A stretch of 25,654 bases of DNA from Cyanobacteria bacterium auto_48_18. Its GTDB lineage: Bacteria; Cyanobacteriota; Vampirovibrionia; Obscuribacterales; Obscuribacteraceae. The notes under the pieces are model-generated. The model did not search any database, had not been told where the DNA came from, and saw only the letters and a program-made list of their open reading frames with translations. The DNA lies in assembly GCA_036170915.1 (NCBI GenBank), contig JAVHQC010000038.1, positions 1 through 25,654 of the forward strand. The letters are read 5' to 3'. This document shows, piece after piece, positions 1 to 8,977 of the stretch. Both the position numbers and the translations under genes were made by a program. Every line of letters starts with the position of its first letter. The first letter of the stretch is position 1.

Positions 1-1520
1 CGCAGAGGCAATCTTCCTACTGCTATTTTGGACGCAGTCATCAGCGGTTGAACCGAAATCGTACCGGTTGCCACCACCAGCAATGTGCAAATCAAAAGCG
101 CGATGGCTGGAGCTTCCTGGGGGCTTCCCACCCATGGTCTGGGGGCTTGAGGCCCAGGCATGGAGGCGACTTTTTCAGATGGTTCAGGCACTATCATCAT
201 AATTACCACACGAGTGTAGTAATAGATGGCCGGCACAGATGTAATCAATGCACATGCCACCAGAACCCAACCCATAGGCATACCTAGATATGGATCAGGA
301 ATGTGCGCACCAGCGGTGAAAATGAATACCTTGGCAAAAAATCCGGCTGGTGGAATTGGCAGACCAGCCAGGTTAAGCAAGCAAAGCGACATGGCAATAG
401 TTGTTAGTGGACGTTTGCGAATCAGCCCGGCAAAATCTTCGATGCGATCAGAACCAGTCTCATTGCTCACCAGAATAGCTCCGGCAAAAGCACCAAGGTT
501 CATCAAACCGTAAACTACAACATAGAAAACCAGAGCAGACAGACCTGATTCAGAAGCAGCAATTAAGCCGATCAGAATGTATCCGACATGAGCGATAGAA
601 GAATAAGCGAGCATTCTTTTAAGTGAATTTTGTGCTAGCGCAATTAAGTTTCCGGCAACCATAGAGAAGATTGCCAGAGTGGCCAAAATCATCATCCATT
701 GTGCTTGTGATTGGGCAAATACAATCAGCAAAAGGCGCATGGCAATGATGAAGCCACCAGCTTTCGAACCGATAGAAAGGAAGGCGGTAACAGGTGTTGG
801 TGCGCCTTCGTAAACGTCTGGTGTCCACATGTGAAATGGCACGATAGATAGTTTGAAGCCGATGGCACTGATAATTAAAGTGAGCAGAAGCAACATAAAG
901 AATGATGGTGCACCATCGCCGGCCAGTGAAAGACTGTCGCGAATAGAACTAAATGTGGTGGAGCCGGTCAAACCATAAAGGAACGAGAGGCCATAAAGAA
1001 GAGTAGCCGTGGTGGCTGCGGTAGATAGCAAATATTTTAGTGTTGCTTCGCCGCTGCGCACGTCTTTTTTAGTGAAGCTGGTGAGCAACACGCAGCAAAC
1101 ACTCAAAGTTTCAAGGGCAACAAACAACATGATCAAATCTGTGGAGCCGGCCAGGAAAATATTCGAGACCACTGCGGTCATCATGATGGCGTAATATTCG
1201 CCGCGGTTGCGGCCAAACATATGGTCGTAACCCATGCTCATGAGAATGACAATAAAGCCCACCGCTACTGCAATCAGAGAGAAAGTTGAGAAGAGGGGGT
1301 CAATAGTAAAAAGTCCGCCGCAGAGAATGATGCTCTGCCCAAACTGGGTGGCTAACAAATAACCGGAAATTGCAAGAGTGATTAAACAGACGATGGGAGT
1401 GAGACCCTTGGCCTTGGGAGCAAACAGATTCCACAGTGCGGCAAACAAAATGCCGACCACAATAACCAGTTGCGGAGCCATTAGCGTTAAAGTGCGAGTG
1501 TAATCTTGATAGTCGCCCAT
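1..1520 (-). CDS. nuoN: NADH-quinone oxidoreductase subunit N (NuoN/NdhB), 3' end beyond the window edge
   Basis: Not in the ORF track (no stop in the window). Manual minus-strand translation from ATG at 1520 gives MGDYQDYTRTLTLMAPQLVIVVGILF..., very hydrophobic, with family motifs PFHMWTPDVYEGAPTPVTAF (~781-840), KRMLAYSSIAHVGY and LAGLPIPPAGFFAK. GGGGA SD-like element upstream. Confidence 0.93.
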   Translation of the reverse strand, partial: MGDYQDYTRTLTLMAPQLVIVVGILFAALWNLFAPKAKGLTPIVCLITLAISGYLLATQFGQSIILCGGLFTIDPLFSTFSLIAVAVGFIVILMSMGYDHMFGRNRGEYYAIMMTAVVSNIFLAGSTDLIMLFVALETLSVCCVLLTSFTKKDVRSGEATLKYLLSTAATTATLLYGLSFLYGLTGSTTFSSIRDSLSLAGDGAPSFFMLLLLTLIISAIGFKLSIVPFHMWTPDVYEGAPTPVTAFLSIGSKAGGFIIAMRLLLIVFAQSQAQWMMILATLAIFSMVAGNLIALAQNSLKRMLAYSSIAHVGYILIGLIAASESGLSALVFYVVVYGLMNLGAFAGAILVSNETGSDRIEDFAGLIRKRPLTTIAMSLCLLNLAGLPIPPAGFFAKVFIFTAGAHIPDPYLGMPMGWVLVACALITSVPAIYYYTRVVIMMIVPEPSEKVASMPGPQAPRPWVGSPQEAPAIALLICTLLVVATGTISVQPLMTASKIAVGRLPL

Positions 1521-1822
1521 TTGAATTTGATGTCCCCAAAGTTCGCGTTCAGCTTGAAAACCTGTTCAGTGTTGTCACCCAGGCGCCTCTAATTCTACAT
1601 AGGTAAGTGATAAGAATCCCAGCGAATCGTTCAAACTATAAGTAAGCTTTGCTTTAGTTTGCTAAAATTTTTTGTGAAATCATATTGACAGCTCAAGGTC
1701 AGATGGGGTTTCAAAGAAGAAATAGCGCTCAGCGGCTAATAGTAGTAAGAGTTGCTAAGATAGTGATTACCGGAGCAAGCTCAACGGCAAAGGCTCCTTC
1801 TTAACGGCGACCAACAAAGAAA

Positions 1823-2989
1823 ATGGCAAACGGTACAAGGCTAAGCGAAAATTCCAGTGGCCTCCTGGAAATTGACGGCGATTACAAACCAGCACTAATG
1901 ATGTTGGAAGACGGCACTAGTTTTACGGGTAAAGCCTTCGGCGCTTCCACCACCACAGTAGGCGAGCTGGTTTTCAATACCTCGCTGGCGGGCTACCAAG
2001 AAATTCTCACTGACCCTAGTTATGCCGGTCAGGTGGTTACTCTGACGTATCCAGAAATCGGCAATTACGGCACCAATGACCATGACCTAGAATCACGAGC
2101 TATTTTTGCCCGTGGTCTAGTGGTAAGACATCTAGCGCGCAAATACAGCAATCACCGGGCAACTGGCAGTCTCGATTCGTTTTTGAAAAAATTCAATATC
2201 CCCGGCATATCTGATGTTGATACAAGAGCGATCACTCGCAAATTGCGCGACCAGGGGGCAATGCGTTGCGCCATCTCAACTGAAGATGATGTAATGACTG
2301 AAGCAGGGCGCAAGAGACTGACAGAAGCTGTTCTCTCAGCTCCTCAAATGGCCGGCCTCGATCTAACAGATGAAGTCAGCACAAAAGAAATTTATACAAT
2401 TGGTACGGGGCGCCATAAAGTTGCCGTATACGATTTTGGCATCAAGCAAAACATACTGCGTGAGCTGGTTGCCAGAGATATTACAGCAACCGTTTATCCG
2501 GCGCGCACAAAAGCTGCCGATATACTTGCCACCTCTCCTGATGGCATCTTTTTATCAAATGGACCAGGCGACCCTGCCGCTTGCGAAGACATCATCAAAG
2601 AAATGGCGTCGCTTATAGCCGCTCGTATTCCTATTTTTGGTATATGTCTAGGGCACCAACTACTATCAATTGCACTTGGTGGCAGCACGTATAAATTGAA
2701 ATTTGGTCACCGGGGCGGCAATCAACCGGTGAAAGATTTGACCACTGGCAAAATCGAAGTCACCTGTCAAAATCACGGTTTCGCCGTAGACGACAAAACT
2801 TTGCCTGCACACCTTGAGCTTACACATATCAATTTAAATGATAATTCGGTGGAGGGTTTCCGCCATAAAGAGCTGCCTATTTTCGCTGTGCAATATCACC
2901 CCGAAGCGCACCCAGGGCCTCACGATTCTAATTATTTGTTTGATCGGTTTTTATCATTGATAGAGTCACATCATAAGGTAAGTAAGTGA
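1823..2989 (+). CDS. carA: Carbamoyl-phosphate synthase small (glutaminase) subunit
   Basis: GELVFNTSLAGYQEILTDPSY, LSNGPGDP, GICLGHQ (catalytic Cys), KLKFGHRGGNQPV, QYHPEAHPGP. Exact start uncertain. Confidence 0.97.
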   Translation: MANGTRLSENSSGLLEIDGDYKPALMMLEDGTSFTGKAFGASTTTVGELVFNTSLAGYQEILTDPSYAGQVVTLTYPEIGNYGTNDHDLESRAIFARGLVVRHLARKYSNHRATGSLDSFLKKFNIPGISDVDTRAITRKLRDQGAMRCAISTEDDVMTEAGRKRLTEAVLSAPQMAGLDLTDEVSTKEIYTIGTGRHKVAVYDFGIKQNILRELVARDITATVYPARTKAADILATSPDGIFLSNGPGDPAACEDIIKEMASLIAARIPIFGICLGHQLLSIALGGSTYKLKFGHRGGNQPVKDLTTGKIEVTCQNHGFAVDDKTLPAHLELTHINLNDNSVEGFRHKELPIFAVQYHPEAHPGPHDSNYLFDRFLSLIESHHKVSK

Positions 2990-3011
2990 AGCAAGTTAAA
3001 GCAGGCCTGAT

Positions 3012-3686
3012 TTGTACAAATTAGCAATTTTTGATTTTGACGGCACGCTTGTAGATTCCACCCCTGGCATTGTTGATGTCATGAAAGTGGTGGTGGATGA
3101 ATATCAATTTCCACCTAAACTGTTAGAAGAATGGGCGCTTTTGGTTGGTGTTCCTCTACCCAAGCAGATGGAAATCATCTTGCCCGAACGCTCACCAGAC
3201 TTTCACCTTGAAGTTGCAAATCGCTATCGGGCGATTTACGACACCATGGCGATTGAGATTTGCCCGCCGTTTCCTCATATGTTTTCAATGCTGCAAAGTC
3301 TCAAAGACGCAGGCGTGGTCATTACAATTGCCTCTTCAAAGCGCCGCAACCTTGTAGAAGTGGTGCTTGATCATCACGAGATCGCACACTATTTTGAAAT
3401 GGTTGTGGGGGCCGCCGATGTCGAAAATCACAAACCCCACCCTGAATCTGTGCACATTACCCTCGATAAGCTGGCCATTGCGGGCGATCACGCGGTAGTG
3501 ATCGGCGACAGCAGTTTCGATTTAGACATGGCTAGAAACGCCGGAGTAGACGCTATCGGCGTCACCACTGGTTTGCACAGCAAAGAAATGTTGGCAAAAT
3601 CGAAACCATTGCACATTGTCGGCGGGCTGCACGAGGTCTTGCCTCTAATTCTTAAGGGTCGCAACGGCTCAAAACCTGATCACTAA
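3012..3686 (+). CDS. HAD-superfamily phosphatase (Gph/PpaX-like, subfamily IA)
   Basis: Motif I FDFDGTLVDS, motif II ASS, motif III KPHPE, motif IV GDSSFD; TTG start. Confidence 0.9.
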   Translation: MYKLAIFDFDGTLVDSTPGIVDVMKVVVDEYQFPPKLLEEWALLVGVPLPKQMEIILPERSPDFHLEVANRYRAIYDTMAIEICPPFPHMFSMLQSLKDAGVVITIASSKRRNLVEVVLDHHEIAHYFEMVVGAADVENHKPHPESVHITLDKLAIAGDHAVVIGDSSFDLDMARNAGVDAIGVTTGLHSKEMLAKSKPLHIVGGLHEVLPLILKGRNGSKPDH

Positions 3687-3803
3687 CTTGTAACGAAATG
3701 CTGACAATAAAATTTGGCGAGTAGCCAGCCAGTCTGCACCTGGCGCGATCTCTGTGTGGGCAAATTGCAGAAAATTTTCATCTAATTGCGGCTCCAATTG
3801 GCA

Positions 3804-3840
3804 ACCTCGTGTCGTCTGTTATTATTAGCAACCACGAGGT
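3804..3840 (+). promoter_or_regulatory. Stem-loop sequestering the Shine-Dalgarno of the downstream TPR gene
   Basis: ACCTCGTG (3804-3811) is the perfect reverse complement of CACGAGGT (3833-3840), which contains GAGGT; inner pairing TGTTA/TAGCA. Confidence 0.5.
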
Positions 3841-3848
3841 AGACAGTT

Positions 3849-4838
3849 ATTTTTTCGCTTTCAACCACAAGAACACTAGGCGCTGCACTCAGTCTCGGCG
3901 CTTTGCTGACAGGCAACGTTGCGCTGGCCGCAGAAAATATTGCCCAAGCGCAGTCGCCAGCGCCTGCTGAAGCAGCCAAACCCACCAGCAGCTGGACTTT
4001 TAAGCCAGGCCAGCCGATTTCAGTGGGCATGGAAACTGAAGATACTATTTGCACCTATGACCTGGCTCTAGCGAAGCGCCAGAAAGAAGCCTATCCTGAC
4101 AGTGCCGAAGCCGCTTTCATCTACGCAGTGGCTTTGAGCCGCACCAGCCAAATTGAAACTGCACTGCAAGAAGTGCGTCGGGCAAAAAGATTGGCCGAAA
4201 AAGACGGTGGCCCAGCATATTTTGACAAGATGATCGCCACATACGAAAAAATGCTTACATACACCCCAGAAGATAACCAGGTGCGCTATCACCTGGCATG
4301 GGCTTATTACATGAAAGCATATCTCTTAGATAGAGCTTCGCGTCAAACAGCACAGCAAAATGCCAAGTACGCCGCGTGGATTGCTCAGGCACAAAATCCA
4401 CAAGCTGAAGTTGAAACGAATACAGCACCTGATGCAGTTACCACCACAGCCAGCGCTGCTCCTGCTGTGACTGCTGTCGTTACTCCTGCTGCAGCTCCTG
4501 TTGCTACTCCTGCTGTATCTACAAGTGCTGTATCTGCCACACCAGATGCGATACCACAAGTCAAGCGCTACTACGAACTGGCGCTGAATAAGTTAGATGA
4601 TTTGCTGGCCAGGCAACCTGATGATGTCTGGGCCAGGGTTTACCGGGCCCATTTGCAAGCCGAATCAACAGGCAGCATTGATCAAGCCATGATCGAATGG
4701 CAAAAAGTAAAAGACGCTTCACCATTGAATCCTGCAGCCTATTTCTTCCTCGGCCAGGGTTATCTTAAGAAGGGCAATCTAAAAGAAAGTATGAGCAATG
4801 TCTCCAAAGCCATTGCCCTAAGGGCCACAGGAAACTGA
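3849..4838 (+). CDS. Exported TPR-repeat protein with an Ala/Thr/Pro-rich linker; first gene of the lpt cluster (probable ATT start at 3849; ORF track uses TTG 3903)
   Basis: TPR-like helices (AEAAFIYAVAL, VRYHLAWAYY, AAYFFLGQGYLKKG). Extension to 3849 restores a complete signal peptide MFSLSTTRTLGAALSLGALLTGNVALA; in-frame TAG at 3840-3842 limits further extension. Confidence 0.8.
   Translation: MFSLSTTRTLGAALSLGALLTGNVALAAENIAQAQSPAPAEAAKPTSSWTFKPGQPISVGMETEDTICTYDLALAKRQKEAYPDSAEAAFIYAVALSRTSQIETALQEVRRAKRLAEKDGGPAYFDKMIATYEKMLTYTPEDNQVRYHLAWAYYMKAYLLDRASRQTAQQNAKYAAWIAQAQNPQAEVETNTAPDAVTTTASAAPAVTAVVTPAAAPVATPAVSTSAVSATPDAIPQVKRYYELALNKLDDLLARQPDDVWARVYRAHLQAESTGSIDQAMIEWQKVKDASPLNPAAYFFLGQGYLKKGNLKESMSNVSKAIALRATGN
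4425..4550 (+). repeat. Low-complexity GCT/CCT/ACT-rich repeat encoding an A/T/P/V linker
   Basis: Recurring ctcctgctg/gctgtatct units encoding APDAVTTTASAAPAVTAVVTPAAAPVATPAVSTSAVSATPDA. Confidence 0.7.
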
Positions 4839-4842
4839 TTCA

Positions 4843-5448
4843 ATGTTCCAAATTTTTAAATCTGACTGGTTCAAATTGGTGCTGGCTCTGAGCATTCTTG
4901 GTGTCATCGTTGGTTTGCTTTACTATGCAAAGTGGAGCGCCACCATTCAAGAAGCCGAGTTTGAGGCGAACAAAAAAGCTAATCCGACTGCCAGTAACGT
5001 CTCTTTTGACAAATTTGAGCTTAAAGAAGTAGACGAACACTATAAAACTCGCTGGCTCTTGAGCGCGAAAACCGGAACTATTATCAGCAACACCAAAGAC
5101 GTCGCTCTCACCGGCATTACCATGAAGTTTTTCGACGGCGATAAGATAAAAATGCATGTGACCGCACCCACCGGGGTGGTGAACCAGAAAAGTCTCTATG
5201 TGCAGCTCAATTCAGCATCTGGGCAAAGAGTTACCGCCTCCGGAATGGAGGGGAAATCAATGATGGATATGGAAAAACTGGAATTAGAGAAAAAAAATCA
5301 GTTCAAGGCCTCTGGTGGTGTTAACATCGCCATGGGGGTAGCCAAGGTGACCGGCGATCATGCCACAGGTCGTTTTGCCGGAACATCGTTCCAGAACGTA
5401 AAAATAGTCGGAAATACCCATGCCATCATTGCCAGCGGGACACCATAA
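4843..5448 (+). CDS. lptC: LPS export periplasmic protein LptC-like
   Basis: Single N-terminal TM helix, then beta-jellyroll-type sequence (RWLLSAKTG, VTAPTGVV, FKASGGVNI); upstream of lptA/lptB. Confidence 0.8.
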   Translation: MFQIFKSDWFKLVLALSILGVIVGLLYYAKWSATIQEAEFEANKKANPTASNVSFDKFELKEVDEHYKTRWLLSAKTGTIISNTKDVALTGITMKFFDGDKIKMHVTAPTGVVNQKSLYVQLNSASGQRVTASGMEGKSMMDMEKLELEKKNQFKASGGVNIAMGVAKVTGDHATGRFAGTSFQNVKIVGNTHAIIASGTP

Positions 5449-5449
5449 A

Positions 5450-6937
5450 ATGTCTATTTCAGAACACAGCGCCAGAATGCTCAAAGGAATTGAACTAGCA
5501 ATGAGTGGCCCCAAAGCGAAAAGAACTTTTTTACTGATGCTCTCCGCTGTTGTCAGTGTGCAAGTGCCACTAACCGCGATGGCACAACCAACTGCCACAC
5601 CTGCTGCTCCTGCCGCTGCTGGTGGTGCAGGTATTGATATTAAAGCTGAAGAACAAGAATTTTCCGACGGGTCTATTATCGCTCGCGGTCACGTGCGAGT
5701 TCTCTATCAAGACACGGTTGTAGTTGCACCTGTAGCTACACTTTATCGCGACCCAGCTACCGGACAGCCGCAGCGGGCCGTGTTTACAGGCCATCCGCAC
5801 CTCGTGCAGGGCAACAACAAAATAGATGCTGATACCCTTACTTTTGAAATGGCAAGTTCTAAAGTAATCGCTGAAGGTCATGCGCACTCAGAAGTAGAAA
5901 ACGCTGCCCCACCAGAACCAGTAGCTACGCCTGTAACTGCAATGCCTACTATTGCTGGTGCAAAGTTGAAGAAAGTAGCACCGGCAAACAGCGCCGAAGC
6001 AGCACTGGCCCAGGCCGCCGCTACTCGAGGCCCGCTTGCTCAACAGGGTGATTCGGCCACTAAAATTCACGCTGGTGCTGCAGATGCAGGCGGCTCCGCA
6101 CCAACCACAGCAGCTGTTGCGCCCGCTAATGAAGGGCCAACCACCATCATTACCGATTCTGACAAACAAATATATGAAAGAAGTGCCGGTCAATTTGAGG
6201 CGATCGGTCACGTAAAAGTTAAAGCCGGCGATATTGATGTGATCTCTGATCACTTACGCATGGCCTACGGTGTTGACCGCAAACCAGAAGCAGCGGTTTT
6301 CACAGGCCGTGCCAACGCCACACAGGGCCAAAACAATACCCAGGCCGACACTATGACCTACTTCCTCAATACCAAACGCTTGCAAGCCACTGGCCATGTA
6401 CGCTCGAAAGTAATTCAATCAGGCAACAGCACTGCCGCCAAATCTGATACCGTAACCGCGCCTATCAATGAAGGCAAGATGGAACCGATTGTCAACGGTG
6501 GCGTCCCGGTTGCCACCACCCCCAGTGCACCGATCATTATTGTTTCTGACACTCAAGACAACAATAAAGAGACAGGCCGTCTTGATGCTATGGGCAATGT
6601 CAAAATCTTCTACAACGACACTGTTGGCATCGGCCCTAAAGTAGTGATGGTGCGCAACGCCTACGGCCAGGCCGAGAGAGTAGTGTTCATCGGACGCTCG
6701 CAAGTGACGCAACCAGGCAAACGCTGGATTGGCGACCGCATCACCATGACCATCGCTGACAAAAAAGTCTTGGCCGAAGGTAATACCAAAGCCTTTATTC
6801 TGCCGAAGAAAAACGCCCCTGCTCCAGGCTCGATGCCGGCTAATGGTTTCACTCAGCAGGAAGAATTTAAGTTGGCCGGTAAACCTAGCTCTGAAGGCGG
6901 CAAGCTCAGTACAACGAGGGTAGAAAGACCAGAATGA
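5450..6937 (+). CDS. LptA/OstA-family LPS transport protein with three tandem repeats
   Basis: Signal-peptide-like segment (KAKRTFLLMLSAVVSVQVPLTAMA) and three ~90-aa OstA-like units (A[RIM]G[HN]V ... F[TI]G ... [AG]D.[LMI]T ... A[ET]G[HN]); lies between lptC and lptB. Start set at ATG 5450 just after the lptC stop; could be later. Confidence 0.82.
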   Translation: MSISEHSARMLKGIELAMSGPKAKRTFLLMLSAVVSVQVPLTAMAQPTATPAAPAAAGGAGIDIKAEEQEFSDGSIIARGHVRVLYQDTVVVAPVATLYRDPATGQPQRAVFTGHPHLVQGNNKIDADTLTFEMASSKVIAEGHAHSEVENAAPPEPVATPVTAMPTIAGAKLKKVAPANSAEAALAQAAATRGPLAQQGDSATKIHAGAADAGGSAPTTAAVAPANEGPTTIITDSDKQIYERSAGQFEAIGHVKVKAGDIDVISDHLRMAYGVDRKPEAAVFTGRANATQGQNNTQADTMTYFLNTKRLQATGHVRSKVIQSGNSTAAKSDTVTAPINEGKMEPIVNGGVPVATTPSAPIIIVSDTQDNNKETGRLDAMGNVKIFYNDTVGIGPKVVMVRNAYGQAERVVFIGRSQVTQPGKRWIGDRITMTIADKKVLAEGNTKAFILPKKNAPAPGSMPANGFTQQEEFKLAGKPSSEGGKLSTTRVERPE

Positions 6938-7710
6938 GCTCGGCCATGTCCTCACCATCGTCTATGCCTATGACCATGGACGATACTAGAACTCTCAGAA
7001 TCGATAATTTGCAAAAATCCTACAACGGCAGGCGCGTTGTCGATGGTGTGAGCTTTTATCTCAATCGCGGAGAAGTTGTGGGTCTGCTTGGCAGAAACGG
7101 AGCCGGCAAAACAACCTCATTTGACATGGTACTGGGTCTGGTGCGCCCAGAACGGGGCTCAATTACCCTTGGCAGTAAAGACCTGACAAAGATGCCCATT
7201 CACCTGCGCAGCCGCATGGGCATTGGTTATCTTCCTCAAGAAGCTTCGATTTTTCGTAAATTATCTGTAGGCGATAACATCAAATTGATTCTCGAGCTGC
7301 GCAATATTCCATCGCGCGAATATAAAAAACGCATTCTCGGTCTACTGGAACAGTTCGGGCTTGAACATCTCATCGATGTAATTTCAGGCAGCCTATCAGG
7401 TGGTGAACGCAGACGATTAGAGTTGGCTCGCTGCCTGGCTTCTGAACCTGAGTTTATTTTGCTTGACGAACCATTCACCGGTGTTGACCCGATTTCGATT
7501 ACCGACATTCAAGGGCTAATCCGCAGACTGCGCGACGAGTGGAATCTTGGTGTACTAATCACCGACCACAACCCCAGGGCAACTCTAAAAATTACAGATC
7601 GCGCATATTTAATTGACTACGGCAAGATTCTTGTGGCCGGCACATCAAAAGAAGTGGCAGAAAGTCCTATAGCGCGCAAACAGTATTTGGGCGAGGATTT
7701 CAGTCTGTGA
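6934..7710 (+). CDS. lptB: LPS export ABC transporter ATP-binding protein
   Basis: Walker A GRNGAGKTT, GYLPQEASIFRKLSV, LSGGERRRLE, LLDEPFTGVDP, ITDHN; 4-nt overlaps with both neighbours. Confidence 0.95.
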   Translation: MSSAMSSPSSMPMTMDDTRTLRIDNLQKSYNGRRVVDGVSFYLNRGEVVGLLGRNGAGKTTSFDMVLGLVRPERGSITLGSKDLTKMPIHLRSRMGIGYLPQEASIFRKLSVGDNIKLILELRNIPSREYKKRILGLLEQFGLEHLIDVISGSLSGGERRRLELARCLASEPEFILLDEPFTGVDPISITDIQGLIRRLRDEWNLGVLITDHNPRATLKITDRAYLIDYGKILVAGTSKEVAESPIARKQYLGEDFSL

Positions 7711-8807
7711 GCATTGGTCTTAAACTTCTTGATCGTTATATCGGCAACGAGTTCTGGCAGCCACTGCTATTTGGTATTGGTATCGTCACCGGTGTGTGGT
7801 TCGGCGCTGAACAACTGCGAACAATTTTCAACTTAGTCACCAGATCTGGTGTGCCTCTGCAAATGGCAGTTACGATTTTAGGCTTACACTTGCCTGAAGT
7901 AATCGTCATGACTATTCCCATCGGTGTGCTGCTGGCCGTCCTGTTGGTCTTTAATCGACTGTCAGGCGATTCTGAAATTTTGGCATTGCGAACCAGTGGT
8001 GTGAGCTTTTACCGCATCATGGTGGCACCGTTACTCTTTGGTTTGTTCACATCAATTGTCAGTTTTGGCCTGAGTGAACTGGTTGTGCCTGAAGCTAACC
8101 GCACTTCCAAACGTCTAGAATTTCTGGCCATGTATAAAACTGAATTACCTTCAGGTCAGGCCAATTTCACTTTTATTGAACGCGGCAAAGACCTCAATAT
8201 TGAGCGCATTTTCTTTATTGGCTATTACGAAGGCAAAAATCTGAGCAATATCATCATTCTCGATTTTTCCCGCGCTCACCTGACACAGATTATTTGCGCC
8301 GCCACGGGCGTTTGGGACAACGGCATGTGGACTTTGCATAACGGGCGCACCTACGTTTTATCAGGCGATACAGACATCACCCGTATTATGCAGTTCAAAG
8401 ATCTGGTCATTCCAGGCTTAGGTACCGTGCAAAAAGCACTGGGTGCAGGCAAAGTTTCGCCCAAAGAAATGAACATGTTCGAACTGAAAAATTATCTCGA
8501 CGTGCTCCAGGGCTCGAATTCTATGAGCAATGACCTGCTGGTTAAGTACTATCAGAAGGTTTCGCAACCCCTTGCTTGCCTGATTGTGTCACTGGCAGGC
8601 GCTCCCCTGGGGCTCCTCGCTCGCCGCTCTCGTACCAACCTGGGCTTGATTTACAGTGCCGTTGTAGTCTTCCTTTATTATGTGCTGCAATCTTCGTCGG
8701 GCGCCCTTGGTGATGCCGGTCGAATTGCACCGCTTTTGGCCGCCTGGCTGCCGAATCTTGTTATCGGCGTCATGGGCGCCATAATTCTATATATCAGAGC
8801 CAAATAA
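7707..8807 (+). CDS. LPS export ABC transporter permease LptF/LptG (YjgP/YjgQ family)
   Basis: LLDRYI start, RLSGDSEILALRTSGVS, 3+3 TM helices around a periplasmic domain, C-terminal PLLAAWLPN. Confidence 0.93.
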   Translation: MSIGLKLLDRYIGNEFWQPLLFGIGIVTGVWFGAEQLRTIFNLVTRSGVPLQMAVTILGLHLPEVIVMTIPIGVLLAVLLVFNRLSGDSEILALRTSGVSFYRIMVAPLLFGLFTSIVSFGLSELVVPEANRTSKRLEFLAMYKTELPSGQANFTFIERGKDLNIERIFFIGYYEGKNLSNIIILDFSRAHLTQIICAATGVWDNGMWTLHNGRTYVLSGDTDITRIMQFKDLVIPGLGTVQKALGAGKVSPKEMNMFELKNYLDVLQGSNSMSNDLLVKYYQKVSQPLACLIVSLAGAPLGLLARRSRTNLGLIYSAVVVFLYYVLQSSSGALGDAGRIAPLLAAWLPNLVIGVMGAIILYIRAK

Positions 8808-8906
8808 AACAGTTATCGGCATGCCACTGGCGCTTGCTTGCTGTACAAATGAGAGTGCTCTAACTTTAGCTCATGGCAATTGTGTCTCAGCTGCGTAAAT
8901 ACCGCA

Positions 8907-8935
8907 TTGACTATCTCCTTATGCGCCCTTAATCT
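8907..8935 (+). promoter_or_regulatory. Sigma70-type promoter for the TPR-aroK unit
   Basis: TTGACT (8907-8912), 17-bp spacer, TAATCT (8930-8935). Confidence 0.65.
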
Positions 8936-8977
8936 GGGACATAACCCTAAAACTTTCCGACAGCTGCAGGCAACCCA

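Noticed and set aside
48..1539. Short ORF-track calls (48-287, 226-513, 619-828, 1009-1194, 1300-1539)
   Set aside because: Shadow or off-frame ORFs overlapping the real nuoN frame on the minus strand.
1620..1822. PyrR attenuator or canonical promoter upstream of carA
   Set aside because: No PyrR-binding loop consensus or U-tailed terminator; TTGACA at 1685 has no properly spaced -10; the GGAGC/GCTCC stem is only 5 bp.
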